This document shows positions 9,736 through 18,588 of a stretch of 64,000 nucleotides of DNA, one piece after another (the first letter of the stretch is position 1; every line of letters starts with the position of its first letter). Where the stretch lies: NCBI GenBank assembly GCA_963742925.1, contig CAVUNV010000008.1, positions 352,745 to 416,744 of the forward strand, read 5' to 3'. A model generated the notes under the pieces. That model saw nothing but the letters and a program-made list of their open reading frames with translations. It was not told the DNA's origin and ran no database searches. The translations under genes and the position numbers were made by a program. The stretch comes from an uncultured Actinomycetes bacterium. GTDB lineage: Bacteria; Actinomycetota; Thermoleophilia; Gaiellales; Gaiellaceae.

Positions 9736-10587
9736 CTACCTCGCTGAGCCTGACGCGGAGCGTTCCCGGCGCGCGACGAGCGTCGAGTTCAGCACCGCCG
9801 CCCCGATGATCACGCGCCCGAAGAAGAACAGGGTCAGAAGGATCGCGGCCGCAGTTCCGAGCGCTCCGTAGGTGCTCGCCTTCGACTCCAGGATCCTGCC
9901 CAGGAGGTAGACGCTGAACGCGTGCACGGCGAGGACGCCGACCCCGAACAGCAGCGCGCCCGGAACGAGGTCTGTCCAGCGCGCGCCGGAGTGCGGAAGC
10001 TGCATCGTCACGACGAGCCAGAGCGCCGCGCTGGCGAACAGCGAGAACAGGAGCGCCACGACGCCGCCTACAGGAAGCTCATGGCGAACGGCGGCGACGC
10101 CGACGACGACCAGGAGCTCTCCCACGATGACGGCGGCGAAGATCTCGAGCGCCCGAGCGGTGACCTTGGCCGACGCTGCCGAGCGCTCCCAGATGAGGGC
10201 GTGCACGACGGCCAGCGACCGGTAGAGGGCGCGAGTCACGTAGACGAGCACGAAGAACGACGTGATCGCCACCCACCAGTTCGAGCTTCCCGAGGATGCG
10301 CTCGCAACCTGCTGGGTGACGAGCCCGGTGAGGCCGGCCTGGCTCGCGACCTTCTCCGGGTCGGTATCGAAGAGATTCGAGAGCACGCCGAGACCCGAGA
10401 CGAGGAACAGGGCGAGGGGCAGGGTGAACACGAACAGGCGATAGGCGAGCGCACCGGAGAGGAGCCCGCCCCCGAAGTCCGAGTCGCGCTCGACGACCTC
10501 CAGGACGGTGTCGAGCAGCGCCGAGTCGGAGCGCGCCGCTTCGATCCGGCCCTGGAACACCCGCTTCCGTTCCAGCAGGGCGGCCAC
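9736..10587 (-). CDS. YihY/BrkB (ribonuclease BN-like) family membrane protein
   Basis: ORF 9736..10587: GGLLSGALAYRLFVFTLPLALFLV... with six predicted TM stretches, the typical YihY N-terminal ALAY motif and matching length. Confidence 0.8.
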   Translation of the reverse strand: MAALLERKRVFQGRIEAARSDSALLDTVLEVVERDSDFGGGLLSGALAYRLFVFTLPLALFLVSGLGVLSNLFDTDPEKVASQAGLTGLVTQQVASASSGSSNWWVAITSFFVLVYVTRALYRSLAVVHALIWERSAASAKVTARALEIFAAVIVGELLVVVGVAAVRHELPVGGVVALLFSLFASAALWLVVTMQLPHSGARWTDLVPGALLFGVGVLAVHAFSVYLLGRILESKASTYGALGTAAAILLTLFFFGRVIIGAAVLNSTLVARRERSASGSAR

Positions 10588-10693
10588 CCGGCCGAGAACG
10601 GTCGGATTCGGTTGGAGCCCGGCCTCATCAGGCCGGGCGGCGGCTCCGGTGGCCGGCCGGGGTCGTCCGTCACGGCTGCCGGCGCCTCGTCGT

Positions 10694-10729
10694 CACGACG
10701 GGCTCCCGGCATGCCGGGAGCCCGTCGTG
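10694..10729 (-). terminator. Perfect 17-bp-stem hairpin (CACGACGGGCTCCCGGC AT GCCGGGAGCCCGTCGTG)
   Basis: A 36-nt perfect palindrome in the 260-bp gap downstream of gene 10849..11400. No U-tract follows, so it is either an intrinsic-terminator-like element or an mRNA-stabilising structure. A second 9-bp hairpin lies at about 10615-10636. Confidence 0.4.
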
Positions 10730-10848
10730 TGCTGCTCGCCGTGTGCCCGGCCGGCTAGCGCCGGCGGGCGACGCGCCGCGAGGTGCGGCGGGCGACTCTG
10801 CGTGCTCCGAACATCTCGTACCTCCAGATCGTCGTCGGACGGCGGCCG

Positions 10849-11400
10849 TCAGCTCGCGACGGCGGCCTTCGATGTCTCCAGCTCGTGGTGCTCCTGCGCC
10901 TCCTCGGCCGTCATCAGGCCGATCGCGACGAGATCCAGCGGGCTGATGAAGCCGTCGCTGATCCGGAAGCCACCCGCACGCATGACCGCGTCGCGCAGCC
11001 CGACCGCCCAGTGGTGCTCGAGCAGGATGAGCGCCGCAGCCGAGTCGTTCGGGATGTCGGCCAGCACGTCCCAGGCGCCCTCGTCCTCGGAGAAGAAGTC
11101 GATCCCGTCCTCCGCGGCCTCGGCACCGGCAACAGCACCTGCCTCCATCCCCTCCTCGCCCTCGATCCCGAGGCCGATCAGAGCACCGACCTTGCTGCCG
11201 AGCTCGACCGCCTCCTCGCGGGTCAGATTGCTGAGATGCACCACTTCGATCTCGCCGTCCGCGTCCTTGTGAACCGCCAGCGAGTCGATCACACGCACCG
11301 TGTCGCTCTCCTTCAGACGCTCCAGCTCGTCGATGATCTCGCCGTGGAACTCCGGATGCTCGAAGCCCAAGACGATCAGCTGAACAGGTCCAATCGCCAT
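10849..11400 (-). CDS. Conserved hypothetical protein (DUF1269/DUF6325-like, acidic)
   Basis: ORF 10849..11400 begins MAIGPVQLIVLGFEHPEFHGEIIDELERLKESDTVRVIDSLAVHKDADGEIEV. This N-terminal pattern recurs in small actinobacterial proteins of unknown function. The family name is from memory only. Confidence 0.65.
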   Translation of the reverse strand: MAIGPVQLIVLGFEHPEFHGEIIDELERLKESDTVRVIDSLAVHKDADGEIEVVHLSNLTREEAVELGSKVGALIGLGIEGEEGMEAGAVAGAEAAEDGIDFFSEDEGAWDVLADIPNDSAAALILLEHHWAVGLRDAVMRAGGFRISDGFISPLDLVAIGLMTAEEAQEHHELETSKAAVAS

Positions 11401-11475
11401 CGCGTTTTCCTCCTGGTCGCTTACACCGGAGACTAGGGCTCGCCCGCAGGTTGCGCGTCATCCGATCGGGATGAT

Positions 11476-12330
11476 CTACGACTCGGGCTCGGCGCCTGCG
11501 TGGAGGTACTTGACCTCCATCAGGTTCGCCGGCGGGCCGTCGAGCGCGACCCGCGACGTGACGGCGAGATCCCCTGCGACGTGCAGCAGCTCGCCGACGT
11601 CGAGCAGGCGCCAGTCGGGGTGCTCGTCGAGCGGCTCGCTGGCGATGACGACGCTCGGGTGCCGCGACAGGTGCTCCGAGTGGATCTGCAGGGTCGAGCT
11701 GGAGCCGTGCAGCGGTCGCTCGCCGTGAGTGCCACCCGCCTTGCGCTGGAGCACGAACAGTCGGTGCGTCTCCGGATAGCGCAAGGCCCAGAGCTCGGTC
11801 GGCGTGATCAGGATCAGGTTGATCGCGTAGACGGGGATGTTCTCGGCGATCCACGCCGCAGCCTCGGTGATGCCGGCTCCGACGTCGCCGCCATTCGCGT
11901 CCGTGTACTTCGTGATCAGCGCGAACATGCGCTCGGAGTCGGTCTCCCCCTGGACGAGGCGCAGGTGCTCTCCCAGCTCCGCCTCGAGGCGCGGCAGGTC
12001 GCCGATCGCGCCGTTGTGCGCCATGATCCGGCCGTCGATTGCGAACGGGTGCGTGTTTTCGGGAGCGAGGCCGCCGGTCGACGCGAGGCGTACGTGGGCG
12101 ATGAACGTCGTGGAGCTGACGTGCTTCGCCTCGCGGATGAAGGCGCTGTCCTCGTAGGCGGCGATCGGCTCCTTGTCCAGCGCCGGCGTGCCGTCCGGCT
12201 CGAAGTAGCCGAGCCCCGTGCCGTCCGCGTTGCGGTGGCTCTGCACCACCATGCTGTCGGAGGCACCCAGCAGCCAGAAGCGCGCGTGGACGCGGTGTGG
12301 CGCGGCGCTGAGACCGAACAGCCGGCACAC
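11476..12330 (-). CDS. Class II (Ntn) glutamine amidotransferase, YafJ/EgtC-like
   Basis: Starts MCRLFG (catalytic Cys2), followed by NADGTGLGYF, AHVRLAS and THPF..DGRIMAHNGAI. Confidence 0.85.
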   Translation of the reverse strand: MCRLFGLSAAPHRVHARFWLLGASDSMVVQSHRNADGTGLGYFEPDGTPALDKEPIAAYEDSAFIREAKHVSSTTFIAHVRLASTGGLAPENTHPFAIDGRIMAHNGAIGDLPRLEAELGEHLRLVQGETDSERMFALITKYTDANGGDVGAGITEAAAWIAENIPVYAINLILITPTELWALRYPETHRLFVLQRKAGGTHGERPLHGSSSTLQIHSEHLSRHPSVVIASEPLDEHPDWRLLDVGELLHVAGDLAVTSRVALDGPPANLMEVKYLHAGAEPES

Positions 12331-12345
12331 GGCGCTAGTCCCTCA

Positions 12346-13731
12346 TCAATGGTGGAAGCCCGACTCGGCCGTGTCGTGCACCGGCTCGGGCTGCTTCTCG
12401 AGCCGCACGAGCTGCCGCTTCAGGTCGTCGATGAGCAGGTCGGCGAGGTCGTGGGTGAACCCGCGCCTGACCACGACGCGGAGTGCGGCCAGGTCGGTGC
12501 GATTCGCGGGGAACGTGTAGGCGGGCACCTGCCAGCCGCGCTCGCGCAGCGCGCTCGACACGTCGAAGGCGGTGAAGTTGTCGATCCCGTCGGCCACCTT
12601 GAACGCGAACACCGGCAGCTCGTCGCCGCGCGTGATCAGCTCGAACGGGCCCAGCTCGGCGATCTTGCCCGACAGCCGCGTCGCCACGTCCCGGCAGTAC
12701 CCCTGGACTGCGCGGTAGCCCTCGAAGCCGAGCCGCAGGAAGTTGTAGTACTGGGCGACGACCTGGGCGCCGGGACGCGAGAAGTTCAGCGCGAAGGTGG
12801 GCATGTTGTCCCCGAGGTAGTTGACCCAGAAGATCAGGTCCTCGGGCAGCGCGTCCGCGTCACGCCAGACGATCCAGCCGACGCCCGGATACACGAGGCC
12901 GTACTTGTGGCCGGAGGCGTTGATCGACGCGACCCGCGGCAGGCGGAAGTCCCATTCGAGGTCGGGATCGACGAACGGCGCGAAGAAGGCGCCCGATGCG
13001 CCGTCGACGTGCACCGGCACGTCGAGGCCGGAGCGCTCCTTCAGCTGGTCGAGCGCGGCGCAGATCTCGGCGATCGGCTCGTAGGAGCCGTCGAACGTCG
13101 AGCCGAGGATGGCGACCACGCCGATCGTGTTCTCGTCGCAGAGCTTCACCGCCTCCTCCGCCGAGAGCGTGAAGCGGTTCCCCTCCATCGGCACGAGCCG
13201 CATCTCGACGTCCCAGTAGTTCGCGAACTTCTCCCAGCAGATCTGGACGTTGATCCCCATCACGATGTTCGGCTTGTCGGCCGGCTTGCCCTCGGCGGCG
13301 CGGCGCTTCTGCCAGAGCCGCTTCAGCGCCAGGCCCCCGAGCATCGCCGCCTCGCTCGAGCCGGTCGTCGAGCAGCCGGTCGCCTGCGCCACGTCGGGCG
13401 CGTGCCAGAGGCGGCTGAGGATGCTCACGCAGCGCATCTCGAGCTCCGCCGTCTGCGGATACTCGTCCTTGTCGATCATGTTCTTGTCGAGGCATTCGGC
13501 CATCAGCAGCCGCGCCTGCGGCTCCATCCACGTCGTCACGAAGGTGGCGAGGTTCAGCCGGGCGTTGCCGTCCAGCATGAGCTCGTCGTGGACGAGCTGG
13601 TAGGCGAGGTCCGGCGCCAGCTCGCCGACGGGCAGCTCGTGCCTCGGGATGTCCCCGCCGAGCGTGTACAGCGGAGCCGGAGAAAGATCGCCCGATCGGC
13701 GGACCGGGCCCTTCGGGTGCTTCAGCGGCAC
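12346..13731 (-). CDS. gadB: Glutamate decarboxylase (PLP-dependent)
   Basis: LNLATFVTTWMEPQARLLMAE, NMIDKDEYPQTAELE, the PLP lysine context SINASGHKYGLVYPGVGWIVWRD and NFSRPGAQVVAQYYNFLRLG. Intact at 461 aa. Confidence 0.9.
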   Translation of the reverse strand: MPLKHPKGPVRRSGDLSPAPLYTLGGDIPRHELPVGELAPDLAYQLVHDELMLDGNARLNLATFVTTWMEPQARLLMAECLDKNMIDKDEYPQTAELEMRCVSILSRLWHAPDVAQATGCSTTGSSEAAMLGGLALKRLWQKRRAAEGKPADKPNIVMGINVQICWEKFANYWDVEMRLVPMEGNRFTLSAEEAVKLCDENTIGVVAILGSTFDGSYEPIAEICAALDQLKERSGLDVPVHVDGASGAFFAPFVDPDLEWDFRLPRVASINASGHKYGLVYPGVGWIVWRDADALPEDLIFWVNYLGDNMPTFALNFSRPGAQVVAQYYNFLRLGFEGYRAVQGYCRDVATRLSGKIAELGPFELITRGDELPVFAFKVADGIDNFTAFDVSSALRERGWQVPAYTFPANRTDLAALRVVVRRGFTHDLADLLIDDLKRQLVRLEKQPEPVHDTAESGFHH

Positions 13732-13813
13732 GACCTACCCCCTGTGTGCGTCGAGCGCCAACCGGGCGCGGCCGTGCGTGACACGGCCTGCGCCCGGTTG
13801 AGCCCCTCGGTTC

Positions 13814-14203
13814 CTAGGCGAGCGCCTTGGCCTTGATCTGGTCGAACTCGGCCTGGGTGATCGTCCCCGCGTCGAGCAGCTGCTTCGCCTTCGCGATCTG
13901 CTCGGCCGGGTCGCCCTGCGCCGCCACCTGCTTGACGTAATCGTCGAACTGCGCCTGCGACTGCTGCATGTCCTTCGTGCTGCGCTGCGCCATCCCCGCG
14001 TGCTCGGCGATCAGATAGATCAACACGCCGAGGTAGGGCAGGACGATCACGAAGATGATCCAGAGCGCCTTCGCGCCTCCGCCGATGTCGTGCCGGCGGA
14101 AGACGTCCATGAAGACGGTGATCAGGAGCCAGAACCAGATCACCCACGCGAAGAAGACGAGCATCGTCCACATCACGTCGAGGAACGAGTAATTCGCCAA
14201 CAT
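13814..14203 (-). CDS. PLD-nuclease N-terminal (PLDc_N) membrane domain + SHOCT domain protein
   Basis: Two TM helices with ALWIIFVIVLPYLGVLIYLI (PLDc_N pattern). The C-terminal KQLLDAGTITQAEFDQIKAKAL is the SHOCT pattern. Confidence 0.8.
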   Translation of the reverse strand: MLANYSFLDVMWTMLVFFAWVIWFWLLITVFMDVFRRHDIGGGAKALWIIFVIVLPYLGVLIYLIAEHAGMAQRSTKDMQQSQAQFDDYVKQVAAQGDPAEQIAKAKQLLDAGTITQAEFDQIKAKALA

Positions 14204-14288
14204 AGAGAGCCTCTCTGTCTACGGTCGTTTGAGGGTCGGCCAGATACTTACAGCTTCCCCTGGCCCGGGCAAGGAGAGGTGTCGCGCA

Positions 14289-16001
14289 TCACCCGGGCGA
14301 TTCTTCGGGGGAGAGCCCCCCTTCCGGGGCGGCCGCCGCGAGCGCCCCCGGCTGCACCGTCGGGATGCCCCGGGTGAACGGGAGAGCGAGGAGCGCGAAG
14401 AGCGCCAGGAGCGACACGGCGACGCGCAGCCCGTCGATCCGGCTCTTCTCGTTCTCGTCCACGATCGCGTTGGTCGTCTGCGGAGGGACGTGCGCGTCCT
14501 TGAGCGCGGCCTCGAGCTGGGCGTCGGACATGAACGGGATCCCGCCGGCGAGCTCCGTCTGTGCCTGCTTGGCGACGCGATCGGGAACTTTCGGGTTGTT
14601 CTCGATGCCGGTGAGGAACGACGCCGTCAGCGCGGAGATGAGCACGGCCCCAGCCAGCGCGGTGCCGATCGACGCGCCGAGCTGTGTTCCCGTGTTCTGA
14701 AGCCCGCCCACCTCGCCGCTCTGCTCGTCGGGCACCGCCGACACGGTCACGCTCCCGAGCTGCGAGGCGATCGCGCCGATCCCGGCACCCGCGAGCAGCA
14801 ACGGCCAGGTGACGATCTCCGCGCCTGCACCGTAGTCCAGCAGGACGTCCAGGAGCACGAGGCCGGCGAACAGCGCCAGGAAGCCGACGCGGATGACCCG
14901 TCGCGGGTTCGCGTTCGGCAACAGCTTGGGAACGCCGACTGCGAAGAGCAGCAGCGACAGCGAGAGCGGAAGCAGCCGGACACCCGTCGCGACGGCCGAC
15001 ATGCCGAGCGCGACCGACAGGAACAGCGGGACGACGAAGAAGATCCCGGCCTGGACCAGGAACAGGAAGAGGAACGAGGTGACGCCGTTGCGCAGCTGGA
15101 GGTTGCGCAGCATTGCCGGGTTGATGAGCGCACCCTCGCCGCGCTCGAGACGGCGGTTTTCCCAGGCGAGGAACAGGACGAGCAGCACGCCGCCCGCGAG
15201 CATGAGCCAGATCACGGCCGAGAGCCCGAGCCACTCGGGAGCTCCAGCCTTGGGCTGCACGAAGCCCCACACGCCCGAGCGCAGGATGCCGAACACGATC
15301 AGACCGAGGCCGGCCGCGGACAGCGCCGTGCCGACCAGGTCGAGCTTGACGCCCTTCTCCGGCGGCGAGTCGGCTATCCGCCGCGCCAGGAAGAGAATCA
15401 CGATCACGATCAGGACCTCGCCGGCGAACACCCACCGCCACGACCAGTAGGTGGTGAACGCGCCGCCGATCACCGGCCCCACCGCGCACGCGATCGCACC
15501 GGCGGCGGCCACGAGCCCGTACGCACGCGGCCGTTCTGACCGTCCGAAGTTCGTGGCGACGAGCGCCACGATCGCCGGCATGATCAGCACCGCACCGATG
15601 CCCTCGAGGAACGACCAGCCGATGAGCAGCGTCGTCAGGTTCTGGGAGAGCGCGGTCGTGAGCGATCCGCACGAGTAGATGACGCACCCGATCGTGAACG
15701 CGCGCTTCCGGCCGATGATCTCCCCGACCTTCCCGCCGGTGATCATCAGGGACGCCATCACCAGCGTGTAGAACGTGATCGCCGTCTGGATCCCGGTCAC
15801 GGTCGTCCCGAGGTCATTGGCCACCGTCGCGATCGCCGTGTTCATCACCGTCGTGTCGAGGGCCATGACGAACTGCCCCGCCGCCAGCGTCATCAGGACC
15901 AGACCCGAACCGCTCACAGCGGTCGAGCGCGAAGAGGGTGCGGTGCCCGCCGTCGTCACGGACGCGATTCTCCCAGACCCTGGTGACGGCGGGAGCAGCA
16001 A
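14289..16001 (-). CDS. MFS transporter, DHA2 (EmrB/QacA, 14-TMS) drug:H+ antiporter type
   Basis: ORF 14289..16001: LDTTVMNTAIATVANDLG, GKVGEIIGRKRAF, LEGIGAVLIMPA and about 14 hydrophobic segments. The start is uncertain; alternatives are at 15959 (GTG) and 15893 (ATG). Confidence 0.85.
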   Translation of the reverse strand: MLLPPSPGSGRIASVTTAGTAPSSRSTAVSGSGLVLMTLAAGQFVMALDTTVMNTAIATVANDLGTTVTGIQTAITFYTLVMASLMITGGKVGEIIGRKRAFTIGCVIYSCGSLTTALSQNLTTLLIGWSFLEGIGAVLIMPAIVALVATNFGRSERPRAYGLVAAAGAIACAVGPVIGGAFTTYWSWRWVFAGEVLIVIVILFLARRIADSPPEKGVKLDLVGTALSAAGLGLIVFGILRSGVWGFVQPKAGAPEWLGLSAVIWLMLAGGVLLVLFLAWENRRLERGEGALINPAMLRNLQLRNGVTSFLFLFLVQAGIFFVVPLFLSVALGMSAVATGVRLLPLSLSLLLFAVGVPKLLPNANPRRVIRVGFLALFAGLVLLDVLLDYGAGAEIVTWPLLLAGAGIGAIASQLGSVTVSAVPDEQSGEVGGLQNTGTQLGASIGTALAGAVLISALTASFLTGIENNPKVPDRVAKQAQTELAGGIPFMSDAQLEAALKDAHVPPQTTNAIVDENEKSRIDGLRVAVSLLALFALLALPFTRGIPTVQPGALAAAAPEGGLSPEESPG

Positions 16002-16045
16002 TGGGGACGGGGCCGACGAACGGCGCTGGCGCTATCGTCGCGGCG

Positions 16046-18197
16046 ATGCGCCCGGCCACGCCAGAGCGTCGTAGGTTGCGTGTCCGCGGCGTCGTTCAGG
16101 GCGTCGGGTTCCGGCCCTTCGTCTACGGGCTGGCAACGCGCCTCGGGCTGGGCGGATTCGTGCTCAACGACGGGGAGGGCGTCACCGTCGAGGTCGAGGG
16201 CGAGCCGCTGCGCTCGACGCATTCGCTTCTGCGTTGCGGGCGGACGCGCCCGTCGCTGGCGCGCGTCGACTCCGTGACGGCCGAGGTCGTCGCGCCGCGC
16301 GGCGAGCGCGGGTTCAGGATCGAGCTGAGCGCCGCGACCGGCGGGACGGCGCCGATCCCGGCCGACGTGGCGACCTGCGACGACTGCCTCCGGGAGCTCT
16401 TCGACCCGGCCGACCGGCGGTACCGCTACCCGTTCGTCAACTGCACGCAGTGCGGGCCGCGGTTCACGATCGTCTGCCGTGTTCCGTACGACCGGCCGTT
16501 CACGACGATGGCGGGATTCGAGCTCTGCGATGCCTGCCGGCGGGAGTACCAGGACCCGGCCGACCGCCGTTTCCACGCCGAGCCGATCGCCTGCCCGGTG
16601 TGCGGGCCACGGCTCTCCATGCCGATCGAGGACGCCGTCGGACTGTTGCTCGAGGGTGCCGTCGTCGCCGTCAAGGGGCTGGGCGGCTACCACCTCGCCT
16701 GCGACGCGGCGAACGAGGATGCCGTCGCTGCGCTGCGCGCCCGCAAGCGCCGCGAGGAGAAGCCGTTCGCGGTGATGACCGTCGACCCGGAGGCACTCGC
16801 GGAGCCGAACGAGACCGAGCGGGAGCTGCTCCGCTCTCGCGAGCGGCCGATCGTGCTCGTGCGCCGCCGCACGGACGCCGCGCTCGCGGCCTCGGTGGCC
16901 CCCGGCACGCCGTGGCTCGGGCTGATGCTGCCGTACACGCCGCTCCACCACCTGCTGCTCGCCGACTGCGAGCGGCCGCTCGTGATGACGAGCGGCAACC
17001 GCTCGGACGAGCCGATCGCCTACGAGGACGAGGAGGCACGCGAGCGCCTGGCCGGCATCGCAGACGCCTTCCTCGCACACGACCGGCCGATCCACCGCCG
17101 CTGCGAGGACTCCGTCGTCCGGGCCTCCTTCCCGGTGCGCCGCTCGCGCGGGTTCGTCCCCACCGCCCTGCCGCTTCCGGTCGCCGCCGCCCACCCGGTC
17201 GTCGCGACGGGCGCGGAGCTGAAGAGCACGTTCTGCGTCGCGCGCGGCGGCGAGGCCTTCCTCTCCGCGCACCTCGGCGACCTCGACTCGGAGCTCGCCT
17301 ACCGGGCCTTCGTCGGCGACCTCGAGCTCTACCTGCGCATGCTCGGGGTCGACCGGCCCGTGATCGCCCACGACCTCCATCCCGAGTACCTGTCGACGAA
17401 GTGGGCGCTCGAGCAGGACGCCGAGCTCGTCGGCGTCCAGCACCACCACGCCCACGCCGCCGCCTGCCTGGCCGAGCACGGCGAGCGGGGCCCCGCTCTC
17501 GCGCTCGTCTTCGACGGGACCGGCTACGGAACCGACGGGACACTGTGGGGCGGCGAGCTCCTGCGCTGCGATCTCCGCGAGCTCGAGCGGCTGGCGCATC
17601 TCGAGCCCGGTGCCGCTTCCGGGCGGGGAGGCCGCCATCAGGGAGCCGTGGCGGACGGCGGCGATCCACCTCGAGCTCGCCGGCCGGCCGGTGCCGTTCG
17701 AGCGCTGGCCGGAGGTGCGAGCGAGCCTGAAGGTGAACGCCCCGCTCTCGTCGGGCATGGGCCGTCTCTTCGACGCCGTGGCAGCGGTGCTCGGCGTCCG
17801 CGAGCGCGTGACGTACGAGGGCCAGGCGGCGATCGAGCTCGAGCAGCTCGCGGACGGGATCGACGCCGAGCCGTACGAGTGGCGCTTCGGCGACGGTCCC
17901 GGCCTCGTCGGTGCCGTGCACGACGATCTCGCCGCCGGACGCCCGCCCGGAGAGATCGCAGCCGCCTTCCACGAGACCGTGGCCGCGGCAAGCGCCCGCG
18001 CCTGCGCCGAGGCGGCCGAGCCGCGCACGGTCGTCCTGAGCGGCGGCAGCTTCCAGAACCTGCGGCTCCTCGCCTCGACGCGGCGACGGCTGGAGGACAT
18101 CGGCTTCCGGGTGCTCGGCCACCGCCTCGTCCCGCCGAACGACGGCGGGATCAGCTACGGCCAGGCGGCGGTGGCGGCGGCGCGGCTCAGTTCCTAA
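16046..18197 (+). CDS. hypF: [NiFe]-hydrogenase maturation carbamoyltransferase HypF (one +1 frameshift near 17607)
   Basis: Acylphosphatase domain LRVRGVVQGVGFRPFVY. Two zinc fingers, CDDCLRELFDPADRRYRYPFVNCTQCGPR and CDACRREYQDPADRRFHAEPIACPVCGPR. YrdC-like VAVKGLGGYHLACDA. Kae1-like C-terminus in ORF 17610..18197 (VVLSGGSFQN). The extra C lies in run 17606-17608. Confidence 0.9.
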
Positions 18198-18556
18198 AGC
18201 AGGTCGTCGAGCGCCCGGGCGAGGGTGAAGGTTCCGACGGCGATCCAGGCGAGACCCAGCACGACGAGCAGGAGGCTGACGAGCTGCCGGTGCGCACGGG
18301 CGAGGTGACGGGAACGACCCTCCGTCTGGACGAGCCGCGCCACCAGGATGTCCCGGGCCTGTAGCCAGTTCCTGACGACGAGCAACCCGATCGGAAGCAG
18401 CAAGGCTGCGCAGACGAGCCGAACGATCGACGCCCAGGTTTCGTGGCCGAGCACGGCGACGGCCCCGATCAGGGCGAGCAGCGACACAAGGCAAGCCAGG
18501 AGCCACGCCCACCAGATCCCCCGCTGAACCAGCCTGCCTCTCATCGGACGAAGCAT
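18194..18556 (-). CDS. Small hypothetical membrane protein (3-4 TMS)
   Basis: Tail of ORF 18194..18676 from MLRPMRGRLVQRGIWWAWLLACLVSLLALIGAVAVLG. The hydrophobic pattern is the only support; no family was recognised. Confidence 0.5.
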   Translation of the reverse strand: MLRPMRGRLVQRGIWWAWLLACLVSLLALIGAVAVLGHETWASIVRLVCAALLLPIGLLVVRNWLQARDILVARLVQTEGRSRHLARAHRQLVSLLLVVLGLAWIAVGTFTLARALDDLL

Positions 18557-18588
18557 CTCACGACAGCCCGGTACGTCAGTATCTCGCG

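Noticed and set aside
10670-13836. Very long ORFs 10670..12328 (-) and 11500..13836 (+)
   Set aside because: Both are out-of-frame or antisense shadows of the DUF, amidotransferase and gadB genes. Their translations are dominated by R/A/G/P/D runs.
15956-18512. ORFs 15956..18100 (-), 16671..18512 (-), 16234..17730 (+) across hypF
   Set aside because: These are shadow frames of hypF. Only the hypF frame shows acylphosphatase, Zn-finger, YrdC and Kae1 motifs.
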